Source: Neoechinorhynchus agilis (taxonomy: Eukaryota > Animalia > Acanthocephala). From it: a stretch of DNA of 64,000 nt. The position numbers and the translations under genes were made by a program. How positions within the stretch are numbered: the first letter of the stretch is position 1; each line of letters opens with the position of its first letter. The DNA is taken from contig JBMGUZ010000004.1 of NCBI GenBank assembly GCA_051530055.1, positions 62,001 to 126,000 of the forward strand. Direction: 5' to 3'. Positions 11,870 through 23,803 of the stretch are shown here, in pieces. The notes beneath the pieces were generated by a model. It did no database searches, was not told the DNA's origin, and saw nothing but the letters and a program-made list of their open reading frames with translations.

Positions 11870-13690
11870 TATAGTTACGTCATCAAAAAATACGATTGAC
11901 GTCAAAAAATTATTACAGTGACCTCATGAAAAATGAAGTGACGTAATCAAAAAATTTAAGTTGCGTCATCAAAAAATTTGATTGACGTCATGAAAATTTT
12001 TTGATTCTTCCGCGCATGTTGCGACGTCATATGTAAGAGTAATGTCATCAAAAAATTTGAGGGACGTCATCAAGAAATTGAGCGGCGTTATAAAAAAAAT
12101 TTGAGCCGCAAAATGTTTTGGGACGTAAAAAGAATATTTGATGACGCCACTATATTTTTTATGACGTCGCTTAAATTTTTGATGACGTCAAAAAAAATTT
12201 GATGACGTCACTAAAATTTTTGATAATGTCAAAAAAATTTGTTGATGATGTCATTCAAATTTTATATTTCGTAACTCGAATTGTTTAATGATGTCACAAA
12301 ATTTATTGATGACTTCACTCAAATTTTTGATGACGTCACCTAAAGATATTGATGACGTCACTCAAATTGCTCATGACGCCACAACATTTATTGATGACGT
12401 CACTCAAATTTTTGAAGACATCACCCGAATTTTTGATGATGTAACAAAAATTATTGATGACGTAACTCAAATTTTTTTATGACGTAACAAAAATTTTTAA
12501 TAACGTTACTAAAACTTTTGATGACGTCACTAGAATTGTCGATGACGTAACTGAGAATCTTTGATGACTTAACAAAATTGTTTGATGACGTCACTCAAAT
12601 TTTTGATTACGTTACCCAAATTTTTTGATGACGACACGAAATTATATAATAACGTCACAAAATGTTTTGATGACGTCACTCTATATGAGGTCACTCTAAT
12701 TTTTGATGACGTCACAAAATTTTATTATGACGTCACCCAAATTTCCTATGACGTAACGCAAATTGTTGATGACATCACTCAAATTTTTTGATGACGTCAA
12801 TCACCTTTGTCGATGACGTCACTCAAATATATGATGACGTCGGTCGAATTATAAATTACGTCACTCATATTTTTTTATGACGTCACCAAAATTGTTGATG
12901 ACGTCACAAAAAGTTTTATGTCGTCACTCAAATTTGTCTATGACGTCACTACAATTTTTTATGACGTCAATCGGAATTTTCGATGATGTCGAAAAATTTG
13001 CTGATAACGTCACTGTAATTTTTTATGACGTCACTATAATTTTTCGATGACGTCGCTCAAATTTTTGATGCTGTCACAAAATTTGTTGATGACGTCACTC
13101 GCAATTTATATTACATCACACAGATTTTTTGATAACGTCACGAAAAAAATTTTGATGACGTCGCTCAAATTTTCGATGACGTTACTCCATTGATAAAGTC
13201 ACTATAATTTTTCAAAACGTCTCAAAATTTTTTAATGGCGTCACTCAAATTTTTTTGATGAAGTCACAAAATTTGCTGATGACGTCACTCAAATTTTTGA
13301 TGACGTCAAAAAATTTTTGAGGCCGTCACCCAAATTTTTTATGTCGTCACTAAAATTCTCGATAACGTCACAAAAAAATTTTGATGACTTCACTCAAATC
13401 CGCTAATAACGTCACAAAATTTTTTGATGACGTCACTTAAATTTGTTAAATACGTCACTCGAATTGTCGATCACGTAACTCTAATTGTTTGATGACGTCA
13501 CAAAATTTTCGGATGATGTCACTCGAATTTTTGATTACGTCACAACATTTTTGATGACGTCATTCAAATTGTTGATGACGTCACCCAAATTTTTTGACGA
13601 CGTCACAAAATGTTTTGATGCCGTCTCTCAAATTTTTGGGGCGTCACAACAATTTTATGTTACGTTACTCAAATTTTTTATTACGTCCAC
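11870..13690. repeat. ~22-bp TGACGTCA satellite, block 2 (11870-12110 inverted, remainder forward)
   Basis: Dozens of tgatgacgtcactcaaattttt-type units; orientation switch near 12110-12130. Confidence 0.9.
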
Positions 13691-13998
13691 GCGTGCCACG
13701 TTTCTTTATAAGAGGAGCGTGATGGTGGTGGTATCAACGTAGACAAGTTAAATTGAAAAAGGTGGTCGTTGACTATCGTCATGAGCTGGCAACGTGGTTG
13801 AATACGCGTTTGTAATCGTCACAGTTGTGACTATATTCAAAAAACAGTGGGATCTTGGTAGTGACGTAGAGACAGTTGTGGTCGTGGTGGTCGTCGTCAT
13901 CGTGAGTCTTTGTAAACCAAAGGTCATGATGGCGTGGTCGCGTACGTGTGCACAAGATGCGCACGTTCGAAGGCATGATGTTAATATATATAAATACA
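13690..13998 (+). other. Probable partial ITS1
   Basis: Lies immediately 5' of 5.8S; no 18S 3' end (gaaggatcatt) is visible upstream. Confidence 0.55.
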
Positions 13999-14154
13999 CA
14001 CAGTGTGCGGTGGATCACTAGGACCGTCGTTTGGTGAAGAACGCCGCAAAGTGCGATAAGTTCCGCGAAATGCAGATCTCCTGGAACGGAAAATGTTCGA
14101 ACGCAAATGGCGACTGTGAATACAATATTCGCAGCCACATCCGACTGAGTAACG
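13999..14154 (+). rRNA. 5.8S: 5.8S rRNA (divergent)
   Basis: gcggtggatcact...gtgaagaacgc...tgcgataagttccgcgaaatgcag...ttcgaacgcaaatggcg...ctgagtaac; 3' end can pair with 28S 5' gttctcag. Confidence 0.9.
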
Positions 14155-14377
14155 TTTAATGCTAAAGTGAGCAAGTGTGGGTGAATGTCAGTGGAAATAG
14201 ATCTTCTGATCGTTGCCATTGACATTACGGTTACTGCGTTTGCCTTCGGGTGACGCGCAGGAAACTAAGATAAGGTAAATGATAAAAATCATTGCAGAGA
14301 TGCTACTGCTAATATAGTTATGCAACACGTGAATCAATACTGTTCACGGTGAAAGGGTTCAATAATTGTGAAGGGTG

Positions 14378-15193
14378 TTTAGCGGCGTCACGTAAAGAAG
14401 ACGAAGTTTATTATTCTATTAACATTGTGGTGAATGCTTGTTGTCCCTGCTTTCATTCGGGAAAAGGAAACTTCTTCCGCCTGCCCGTCATTCACGTGGA
14501 AGAAGTCGCCGCCACATACCTCCCCTCCAGTGTCGCCGCACTAATCCGTTCCGTCCTGGAAACGTGCCGGTCTTTCGAGTTGAACCTCGGTGTGATGACG
14601 GCGTGTTGCTAGCAGCTGGACCTGGTCAGGACGCTGACCAGGCCGGTCCCGTCGGGGAGGATCGAACTACCAGGTGCCGTCTTTGGTCCGTTGTTTGTGG
14701 GCTGCGCCGACTGCCAGTGCTGAGGCATCGGTGACATTGGCGAACGCTGCTTGGCTCGTTGGGTTGGGCAAGGAGGTCCGCGTGTCACGACGCTGCGCTG
14801 GGCCTGATGTCGAGCAACCGAGTTGAACCTCGGTGTGATAACGGCGTGTTGCTTGCAGCTGGGCCTGGTCAGGGCGCTGACCTGGCCGGTCTCGTCGGGG
14901 AGGATCGAACTACCAGGTGCCGTCTTTGGTCCGTTGTTTGTGGGCTGCGCCGACTGCCAGTGCTGAGGCATCGGTGACATTGGCGAACGCTGCTTGGCTC
15001 GTTGGGTTGAGCAAGGAGGTCCGCGTGTCACGACGCTGCGCTGGGCCTGATGTCGAGCAACCGAGTTGAACCTTGGTGCGATGACGGCGTGTTGCTGGAA
15101 GCTGGGCCTGATCAGGACGCTGACCAGGCCGGTTCAGGGAAAGGAAGCTTCTTCCGGCTGCCCGTCATTCACGTGGAAGAAGTCGCCGCCACA
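14378..15193 (-). mobile_element. Second copy of the miniature LTR family, inserted in ITS2
   Basis: LTR 14378-14516, PPT, about 2.3 copies of a ~243-bp internal repeat, partial LTR 15133-15193, 4-bp TSD GGTG (14374-14377, 15194-15197). Confidence 0.85.
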
Positions 15194-15289
15194 GGTGCGT
15201 TCTACTTTTGAATAGATGATGAGTTGTGTAAGATGAGGAGAGTACACGTTGTTGCATCATACTTTTATTAGCAGAATTGGCATGAAAGT

Positions 15290-16750
15290 CACGTTCTCAG
15301 TTCGAATGGGAGAATCCGCTGAACTTAAGCATATCAATAAGCGGAAGAAAAGAAACCAACAGGGATTCCCATAGTAATGGCTAATGAACAGGGAATAGTT
15401 CATAACTGAATCGCGCTGACTTGTCAGCTGCGAATTGTGGTGTACGATCAGTTTGTGGGTTCAGTTGCGTGGTAATAAGTCCAGGTTGAACACGGCTTTG
15501 GCAGAAGAGGGTGATAGTCCCGTATTTGCTACGCCTTGACTATTGTTCCCTAGAACTGATTTGTGAGTCGAATTGTATGAGATTGCAATTCAAATATGTG
15601 TGGTAAACTCCATACAAAACTAAATATGACGGCGGTGCCGATAGCGAAGAAGTACCGTGAGGGAAAGTTGAAAAGGACTTTGAAAAGAGAGTTAAATAGT
15701 ACGTGAAACTGCACATTGAAAAGCAAATGGGTACGCATAAGGTTCGGTCTTGGCAATTCAGATGTGTTATCTGCTGGTACATACACACACTCGTGTATGT
15801 GTACTGCAGCGTACATCGCAATTTGTTGGCTGACGCTCTGCATGACTTTGCCTCATCCGCAGACGCGTTGAACTTCAACTATTGACTTTGTCGATATTGG
15901 TGAATTGACATTGGATGAGTTCACAAGAGCACATATCTATGAGGTAGTCAAATTGCCTTTGCAGGCAACGGTCGGTTGAGGTTGAGTTTTTTAACTAAAA
16001 TTGAGCATTCCAATGACGTAATCGCCAGCATCGTTGAATTCTTTCGGTGTTCTTTCACTCACTGTTTGGCTTGTTCGTCGATGTTGATTGCGGATTCAGT
16101 CGGATGTTCGAGAAGATAATGCGGGTAAAACGGCGGCATCATTTGAACCGTCTTGAAACACGGGCTAAGGAGTTCAACAAATGCGCGAGTTATCCAGATC
16201 AATAAAGCTGGATAGCATAGTTAACGCTAGTTTTTTAATGATTGTAATAACCAGCTGCGGTTATTGGCCGTTAGCCGGGTCATCACCTATGATAGATGGC
16301 ACATGCAAGGTACTGTTGGTTGTTGTTCGCAATTGAACGTACATGTTGAGACCCGAAAGATGGTGAACTATGCCTGAGTAGGATGAAGGCGGAGGAAACT
16401 CTGGTGTAGGTCCGCAGCGTTTTCGACGTGCAAATCAATCGTCAGATGTAGGTATAGGGGCGAAAGACTAATCGAACAATCTAGTAGCTGGTTCCCTTCG
16501 AAGTTTCCCCCAGGAAAGCTGGGGTTGCATAAGACAGTTTTATCTGGTAATGCGAATGATTAGAGGCATTGGGGACGAATTGTCCTCGAACTATTCTCAA
16601 ACTTTAAATGAGTAATAAGCTCGGTCACTTCTTCACAGTTGCTTATGCTGTTGCTGAGTGTTGCGTGTAAATGCGATGGCACCAAGTGGGCCATTTTTGG
16701 TAAGCAGAACTGGCGATATGGGATGAATCAAACGTTGAGCTAGGGTGCCA
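15290..16750 (+). rRNA. 28S: 28S rRNA 5' portion, truncated pseudogene
   Basis: ccgctgaacttaagcatatcaataagcgg, gtgagggaaagttgaaaag, cccgaaagatggtgaactatgcctg; ends abruptly at the 92-bp satellite. Confidence 0.95.
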
Positions 16751-16751
16751 A

Positions 16752-19700
16752 ATTAAAACGAAGCACAAAGAGTGAGTAAACGAATGCGTTGTCAAATCTC
16801 TTGTTTTATTTGATTGATAATGTGTTCCGCAAGCGCGTCTAGATTGAAGTGAAGCACTAGGTGTGAGTACACGAATGCGTATAAAAACTTCTTATTTTTA
16901 TTGCATTGATAATTTTTTCCAAAAGCGCGTCTAAATTAAAGCAAAGTACTTAGAGTAAGTAAATGAATGCGTTTTCAAATCTCGACTTTTTGTTTAACTG
17001 ATAATGTTTTCAAAAAGCGATTCGAAATTAAAGTGAAGATCTAAAAGTGAGTACACGAATGAGTTTTAAAATTGCTTGTTTTTATTGTATAGATAATGTT
17101 TTCCAAAAGCGCCTCTAAATTGCACCGAATATCTAAAAATTAGCACACGGATACGTTTTAAAATACTGCGTTTTTATTGTATTGATAACGTTTTTTAAAA
17201 GCGCGTAAAAATTTAAGTATAGCACTAAAAGTGAGTACACGAATGCGTTTTCAAATCTCCATTTTTTACTAAAATGACAATGTCTTCCAAAAGCGCGTCT
17301 AAATTAAAGCGAAGCACGAAGAGTGAGTAAATGAATGCGTTTTACAATCTCGAGTTTTTGTTTGATTGATAATGTTTTCCAAAAGCGTGTCTAAATTAAG
17401 GTAAGCACTAAGAATTAGTACACGAATGCATTTTATAATCTCTTCTTTTATTTGATTGATAATGTTTTCTAAAAGCGATTCTAAATTAAAGTGAAGATCT
17501 AAAAGTGAGTACACGAGTGCGTTTTAAAATAACTTGTTTTATTGTGAAGATAATGTTTTCGAAAAGCGCCTCTAAATTGCACAAAATATCTAAAAATTAG
17601 CACACGAATGCGTTTTAAAATTTCGAGTTTTTATTTGATTGATAATGTTTCCAAAAGCGCGTCTAAATTAAAGTAAAGATCTAACAGTGAGTACAAGTAT
17701 GCATTTTGTAATCGCTTGTTTATATTTGATTGATAGTGTTTTCGAAAAGCGCGTCTAACTTAAGTGAAGAACTTAGAGCGAGCAAACGAATGCGTTTTGA
17801 AATTTCGAGATATTATTTTATTGATAATGTTTTCCCAAAGCGCGTCTAAATTAAAGTAGAGATCTAAGAGTGAGTACACGCATGAATTTTTTAATCTCTT
17901 GTTCTTATTTGATGGATAATGTTTTCCAAAAGTGCGCCTAAATTAAAGTGAAGCACTGAGAGTGAGCACGCGAATGCGTTTTCAAATTTCGAGATTTTAT
18001 TTGATTGATAATGTTTTCCAAAGGCGCGTCAAATTAAAGATCTAAAAGTGAGTACACGTATGAATTTTGTAATCTCCTGTTTTTGATTTGATTGATAATG
18101 TTTTCCAAAAGTTCGTCTAATTAAAGTGAAGCACTAGGAGTGAGCACACGATTGCGTTTTCAAATTTATAGTTTTTATATGATTGACAATGTTTTCCAAA
18201 AGCCCGTCTAAATTAAAGCAAAAATCTGAGATTGAGTACACGTATGTATTTTGTATACTCTTATCTTTATTTGATTGATAAGGTTTTCCAAAAGTTCGTC
18301 TAATTTCAGTGACGCACCAAGACTGAGCACACGAATACGTTTTTAAATTTCGAATTTTTATTTGATTGAAAATGTTTTCCAAATGCGTGTCTAAATTAAA
18401 GTAAAGATCTAAGAGTGGGTACACGTATGAATTTTCTAATCTCTTGTTTTTATTTGATTGATAATGTTTTCGAAGAGCGCGTCACATTTAACTGTAGCAC
18501 GAAGAGCGAGCACACAAATGCGTTTTCAAATTTCGAGATACTATTTATTTGATAATGTTTTCCAAAAGCGCGTCTGAATTAAAGTAAAGATCTAAGAGAG
18601 AGTACACGTATGCATTTTGTTATCTCTTGTTCTTATTTGGTCGATAATGTTTTCCAAAAGCGCGTTTAATTTAGGTGAAGCACTTAGATTGAGTACACGA
18701 ATGCGTTTTAAAATTTCGAGATCTTATTATATTGATAATGTTTTCCAAAAGCGCGCCTAAATTAAAGTAAAGATCTAATAGTGAGCACACGAATGCGTTT
18801 TCAAATTTCGAATTTTTTTTGATTGATAAGGTTTTCCAAAAGCGCGTCCAATTTTAAGTAAAGATCTAAGAGTGAGTACACGTATGAGTTTTGTTATCTC
18901 TTGTTTTTATTTCATTGATAGTGTTTTCCAAAACGCTTCTAATTTAATTAAGCACTAAGAGCGGGTGCACGAATGCATTTTCAAAATTCGAGATTTTATT
19001 CAATTGATAATGTTTTGCAAAAGCGCGACTAAATTAAAGTAAAGATCTAAGGGTGAGTACACGTATGAATTTTGTAATCTCTTGTGTTTATTTGATTGAT
19101 AATGTTTTTCAAAACGCGTCTAATTTAATTAAGCACTTAGAGTGAGTACACGAATGCGTTTTAAAATTTCGACTTTTCATTTGATTGATAGTGTTTTCAA
19201 GAAGTGCGTCATGCATTTTGTAATCTCGTGTTTTTATTTGATTGATAATTTTTTCCAAAAGCGAGTCTAATTTAAGTGAAGCACTAAGAGCGAGCACACG
19301 AATGCGTTTTCAAATATCGAGATAATATTTGATTGATAATGTTTTCCAAAAGCGCGTCTAAATTAAAGTGAAGCACTAAGAGTGAGCACACGAATGCGTT
19401 TTCAAATTTCGAGATTTTTTTAATTGATAAGGTTTTCCAAAAGCGCGTCTAAATTAAAGCAAGGCACTAAGAGTGAATACAAGAATGCGTTCTCAAATCT
19501 CTTGTTTTAATTGTATTGATAATGTTTTCATAAAGCGCGTCTAAATTAAAGCGAATCACTAAGAGTTAGTACATTAATGCGTTTTAAAATCTCGAATTTT
19601 TATTTGATGGATAATGTTTTCTAAAAGTGCGTCTAAATTAAAGCGAGGCAGTAAGAGTGAGTACACGAATGCGTTTTCATATCTCTTGTTTTTGTTGTAT

Positions 19701-20625
19701 TGATGAGGTTTTCCATGAGCGCGTCGAAATTGAAGTCAGGATCTTTGGGTGAGAACACGAATGCATTTTGTAATCTCTTGTTTTTATATGGTTGATAATG
19801 TTTTTCAATAGCGCGTCTGAGTTATGCATTTTGTAATCTCTTCATTTTATTTGATTGATAATGTTTTTCAAAAGCGCGTCTAAATTAAAGCGAAGCACTA
19901 AGAGTGAGCACGCGAATGCGTTTTAAAATTTCGAGTTATTATCTGATTGATAATATTTTCCAAAAGCGCGTCTAAATTAAAGTAAAGATTTTAGAGTGAG
20001 AACACGTATGCATTTCGTAATCTCTTGTTTTTATTTGATTGATAATTTTTTCCAAAAGCGCGTCTAGGTTAAAGTGAAGCACTGAGAGTGAGTACACGAA
20101 CGCGTTTTCATCTCTTGTTTTTATTGTGTTGATAATGTTTTTCAAAAGCGCGTCTACTTTCTATTTTATTGTATTGATAATGTTTTCCGAAAGCGCGTCT
20201 AAATTAAGGTTAAGCACTAAGAGTGAGTACACGAATGCGTTTTGAAATCTCTTGTTTTTATTTGATTGATAATGTTTTCCAATGCGCGTCTAAATTAAAG
20301 TGAAGATCTAAAAGTGAGTACACGAATGAGTTTTCAAATATCTTGTTTTTATTTGATTGGTAATGTTTTCGAAAAGCGCGTCTAATTTACAATGAAGAAC
20401 TAAGAATCAGCGCACGAATGCGTTTTCAAATCTCGAGTTTTTATTTGATTGATAATGTTATCCAAAATTGCGCCTAAATTTAAGATCTAAGAGTGAGTAC
20501 ACGTATGCATTTTGTAATCTCTTGTTTTTATTTGATTGATAATGTTTTCCAAAAGCGCGTCTAAATTAAAGTGAAGCACTAAGAGTTAGCACACGAATGC
20601 GTTTTCAAATTTCGAGTTTTCATTT
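16752..20625 (+). repeat. 92-bp satellite array
   Basis: Unit gcactaagagtgagtacacgaatgcgttttcaaatctcttgtttttatttgattgataatgttttccaaaagcgcgtctaaattaaagtgaa; period 92 confirmed in the 44-kb array (43994 to 44086). Confidence 0.95.
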
Positions 20626-20629
20626 CGTT

Positions 20630-21880
20630 GAAATGGCTCACAATCAGAAGATATTGCACGAGCACGTGTTTAAATTTTTAAATTTTATGACTTTTTGCAA
20701 CGGGTAAATGGCGGACGAAACTTTGACTATCTTACTGCTAAACGCGTTAGGGATTTAACGTGTTTTCGATACGAACAACGAAAAAAATGAAGCAGCAATA
20801 AAACACTGAAGTTGATTACTGTTTTCCCGAACGTAATTTGCTCCAAATCACAAGATGTTGCTTAAGCACGTGTTAAATTTTTAAATAAATAACGTCATAT
20901 TTTCGACATAAACAACAAAAAAATAAATCAGCAATAAAGCACCTAAGTCTGTTTCGGTTTTGCACTATGTTTTTTTGTCAAAAAAAGAAGATTTTGCATG
21001 CGAACGTGAACTAATTTTTAAGCCGATGACATCTTGTTTGCGATGTAAAAAACGAAAAAACCCAAGCACCAATAAAACAATGCAGATAGTTTTTGTTTTC
21101 ATGTATGTTATTTGCTGGAAATCGGAAGATATTGCATGAGCACGTGTTTTAATCTTTAAGCTGACGACGCCATATTTTCGATGTAAGAAACAAATAAGCT
21201 AAAGCACAAATAAAACACTGATGTAGATTTCTGTTTTCCTGCATGTTATTTGTTCAAAATCAGAACATATTGCATGAGAGTGCGTTCTAATTTTAAAACT
21301 GGTGAGGTTTTTGGAACGGGTAAACGCCGGGCGTAACTGTAACTTTCTCAATGATTAACGCGTTATGGATTCAACATGTTTTCGATATAAACAACGACGA
21401 AAATAAAGCGGCAATAAAACAAAGCAGTCGATTTCTATTTTACTGTATGTTATTTGCTCATAATCAGAAGATATTGCATGAGTACGTGTTTTAATTTTTA
21501 AGCTGACGACCTAATGTTATCGATATAAGAAACGAATGAACTAAAGCACAAATCAAACACTGCAGTCGATTTCGTTTTTCATGTATGTTATTTCCTCAAA
21601 ATCAGAAGATATTGCATTAGCACGTGTTCTAATTTTTAGGCTCACGGCGCAATATTTTCGATGTAAAAAACTAAAGGCCCAAGAAAACACTGCAATTGAT
21701 TTATGTTTTCATGTATGTTATTTGCTCGAAATCAGAAGAACATGTAATCGATGTAAACAACGAAAAAATAAAGCAATAATAAAACACTGCAGTTGGTTTC
21801 TGTTTTCCTGTATGTTATTTCCTCAAAATCAGAAGATATTGCATGAGCACGTGCTTTAATCTTTAGGCTCACGACGTCAT
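20630..21880 (+). repeat. ~135/200-bp satellite (sat3)
   Basis: Recurring aatcagaagatattgcatgagcacgtg at spacings of about 203, 135, 140, 138, 204, 138, 130 and 98 nt. Confidence 0.85.
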
Positions 21881-22559
21881 ATTTTCGATGGAGAATTCAG
21901 AGCGACGGGAGATAGAATCGTATCAATACCGAAATGAACCGGAGGGTTGATGTATTTTGAGGGTGTTCCTCCTTTTGCTCTTGTTTCTACTCGCTCAGAC
22001 GTTTCTTTGGCCTTTTGTTCGACCGTAGCTTTCTTAGTGGTTAATGAAGGTGAATCGCTTTCGCTTTTCCTATCGTTACCTTTTTTACAATTATCCATAT
22101 CATACTCCGCAGTAATTTTAGAATCAGGTACAACATGATGAATATCCTCTAAGGCTGGTACCAAGTCCCTAGTAATTGTCGAAATATTCGCGGTCTTTAC
22201 CAAAGCCGCATTCTCCTTTGTGGCCGCTTCACGATCCGATCGTTACGGGCTTCAATTTCGAACTGAATAGCCTCCGCTATTATATTTTTAACTGTGCTCA
22301 TCCCTTCAATTAATGAACCCTTTTGAGTTTCAGTAGCTCATTTAAAGCACTAATTTAGTGCAACATCAACAAGAGCGAAATACTTGGTCAATTCTCATTT
22401 ACCGTTCATTGATTAGAGCACGTTGACGAGAGAAAGAAAACGCTGACCTTGACGTTTAGAGGATGCTGACAAGAGCGAACGCTGTCGATAGAGAAACAGA
22501 TCTTCCATTGTTTTCAACCAGAAAAATCCGTCTCGATGTACTTCATTCCCTCCAAGCAA

Positions 22560-22790
22560 AGGGAGAGCAATTGAGCACCATTTTTGGCATGTGAGAGCAA
22601 TTGAGCACCATTTTTGGCCTTCCAAAAAAAGGGACGGCAACAAAAGAATCCCACTCGGTGGAGTTGAAATGTGGTAGTCAATTATAAAATTGAGATATAT
22701 TATGAACACTTTCTCTTTCTTGAAATAAAAAATGGAAGTTCTAAGGATGCGAACATATATCATCTCGAAAGTGTCTGGAGGCTACCACCA
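22560..22790. repeat. Unclassified dispersed repeat (second copy at 47905-48085)
   Basis: Near-identical gagcacca...tggagttgaaatg...aaggatgcgaacatatatcatctcgaaagtgtctg at both sites. Confidence 0.75.
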
Positions 22791-23035
22791 TAGCGATAGA
22801 AATCACTTGACCCGATTTCCGAGAATTTAGAAAAATATGATTTTAAGCGTGAAAAGTGATTAAAACTCATGCCTGTCTTCTAAGCTCATACTCGGCTAAA
22901 GTCCGTTGGTGAGGAATTGCGAACTATGTTAAATTATAGAGACTGTGAAGATCTCCTTGGGGAGCTTGGGATTTAGGAAGTCGCGAGAAAGGGAGAGCCA
23001 TTTTTAGATTGTTAATTAAAACTTCATTCTTCTTC

Positions 23036-23790
23036 TTACTCACGCATTTCTCTCTCTCTCTCGAGAGGTTGCGGTTCCTTCTGTTTGATGCAATCCATCC
23101 ATCGTTTCCCCGGCCTTCCCCGACGGTGATTTCCCGTTATTTCCAGTTTCTCCGTGCTGCGCTGTATGTGATCTGCTTCGCACTTCGAAACTTTGTCGTG
23201 CCAGCGCAACCTTCTTTGGACGATCAACTCTGAACAGCGGTAAGTGCCGAACAGCTCCCTGATGTCCACATTTCTTTTCTTGTCCCTTGGAGCGTACCCT
23301 GCTGCAAATCTAAGCATCCTCATCTCGTTCGTTTCTAATCTTCTGAGGTCGTTTTGCTTGGTCGTCCAAGTTTCTACGCCATATAACATAGCTGGTTGCA
23401 CCACGGTCTCGAACACCAGCCCTTTCAGTTTCGGTGAGATCCCTTGGTCGCATAATACACTAGGCATCTTCTTCCAGTTGAGGCACCCGCTTTGTATACG
23501 AGCAATTATTTCGGGTTCGAGCGAATTTGTCATATTTACTTCGCTGCCAAGATATTTCACTGTTCTTCTCATCGTCAAATCCACACCTTCTAACTTTAGC
23601 GTTTCTGGTCCATCGCATATCGTCTTCAACCTGTCTACTTTAAGACCGTCGGCTTCCAGTGCCGCGCACCACCCTTCCAGACTTCGCTAAGCCTCTTCAC
23701 GTGTTTTAGCTGTCACAATCAAGTCATCAGCGAACAATAGTGTCCATGGAGGCTTTCGGGCGATTTGCTTAGAACCAACACATCCATGAC
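23036..23790 (-). mobile_element. RTE-clade LINE, RT C-terminal part
   Basis: PPWTLLFADD, KYLGS, PAMLYGVETW, LETNEMRMLR, RGRPGKRWMDCI. Confidence 0.85.
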
Positions 23791-23803
23791 GGAATAAATC
23801 TCT

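Noticed and set aside
12288-13742. ORFs in the TGACGTCA satellite (also those in the 92-bp arrays at 17299-19297 and 44272-46623)
   Set aside because: Translations of tandem repeats; low complexity, no protein motifs.
13748-14225. Thr-rich or His/Asp-rich ORFs that look like a host exon
   Set aside because: They are antisense to ITS1 and the 5.8S rRNA.
15540-15885. ORFs overlapping 28S (also 5624-6090, 36737-37889, 38590-38823)
   Set aside because: Chance frames in rRNA sequence.
8385-20625. CRISPR-like arrays
   Set aside because: The 22-bp and 92-bp repeats are contiguous tandem units with no unique spacers, no cas genes, and a eukaryotic context.
21877-22203. 108-aa ORF as a gene or R2 N-terminal linker
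   Set aside because: No recognisable motif; only a weak DIHH resemblance to element A; left unassigned.
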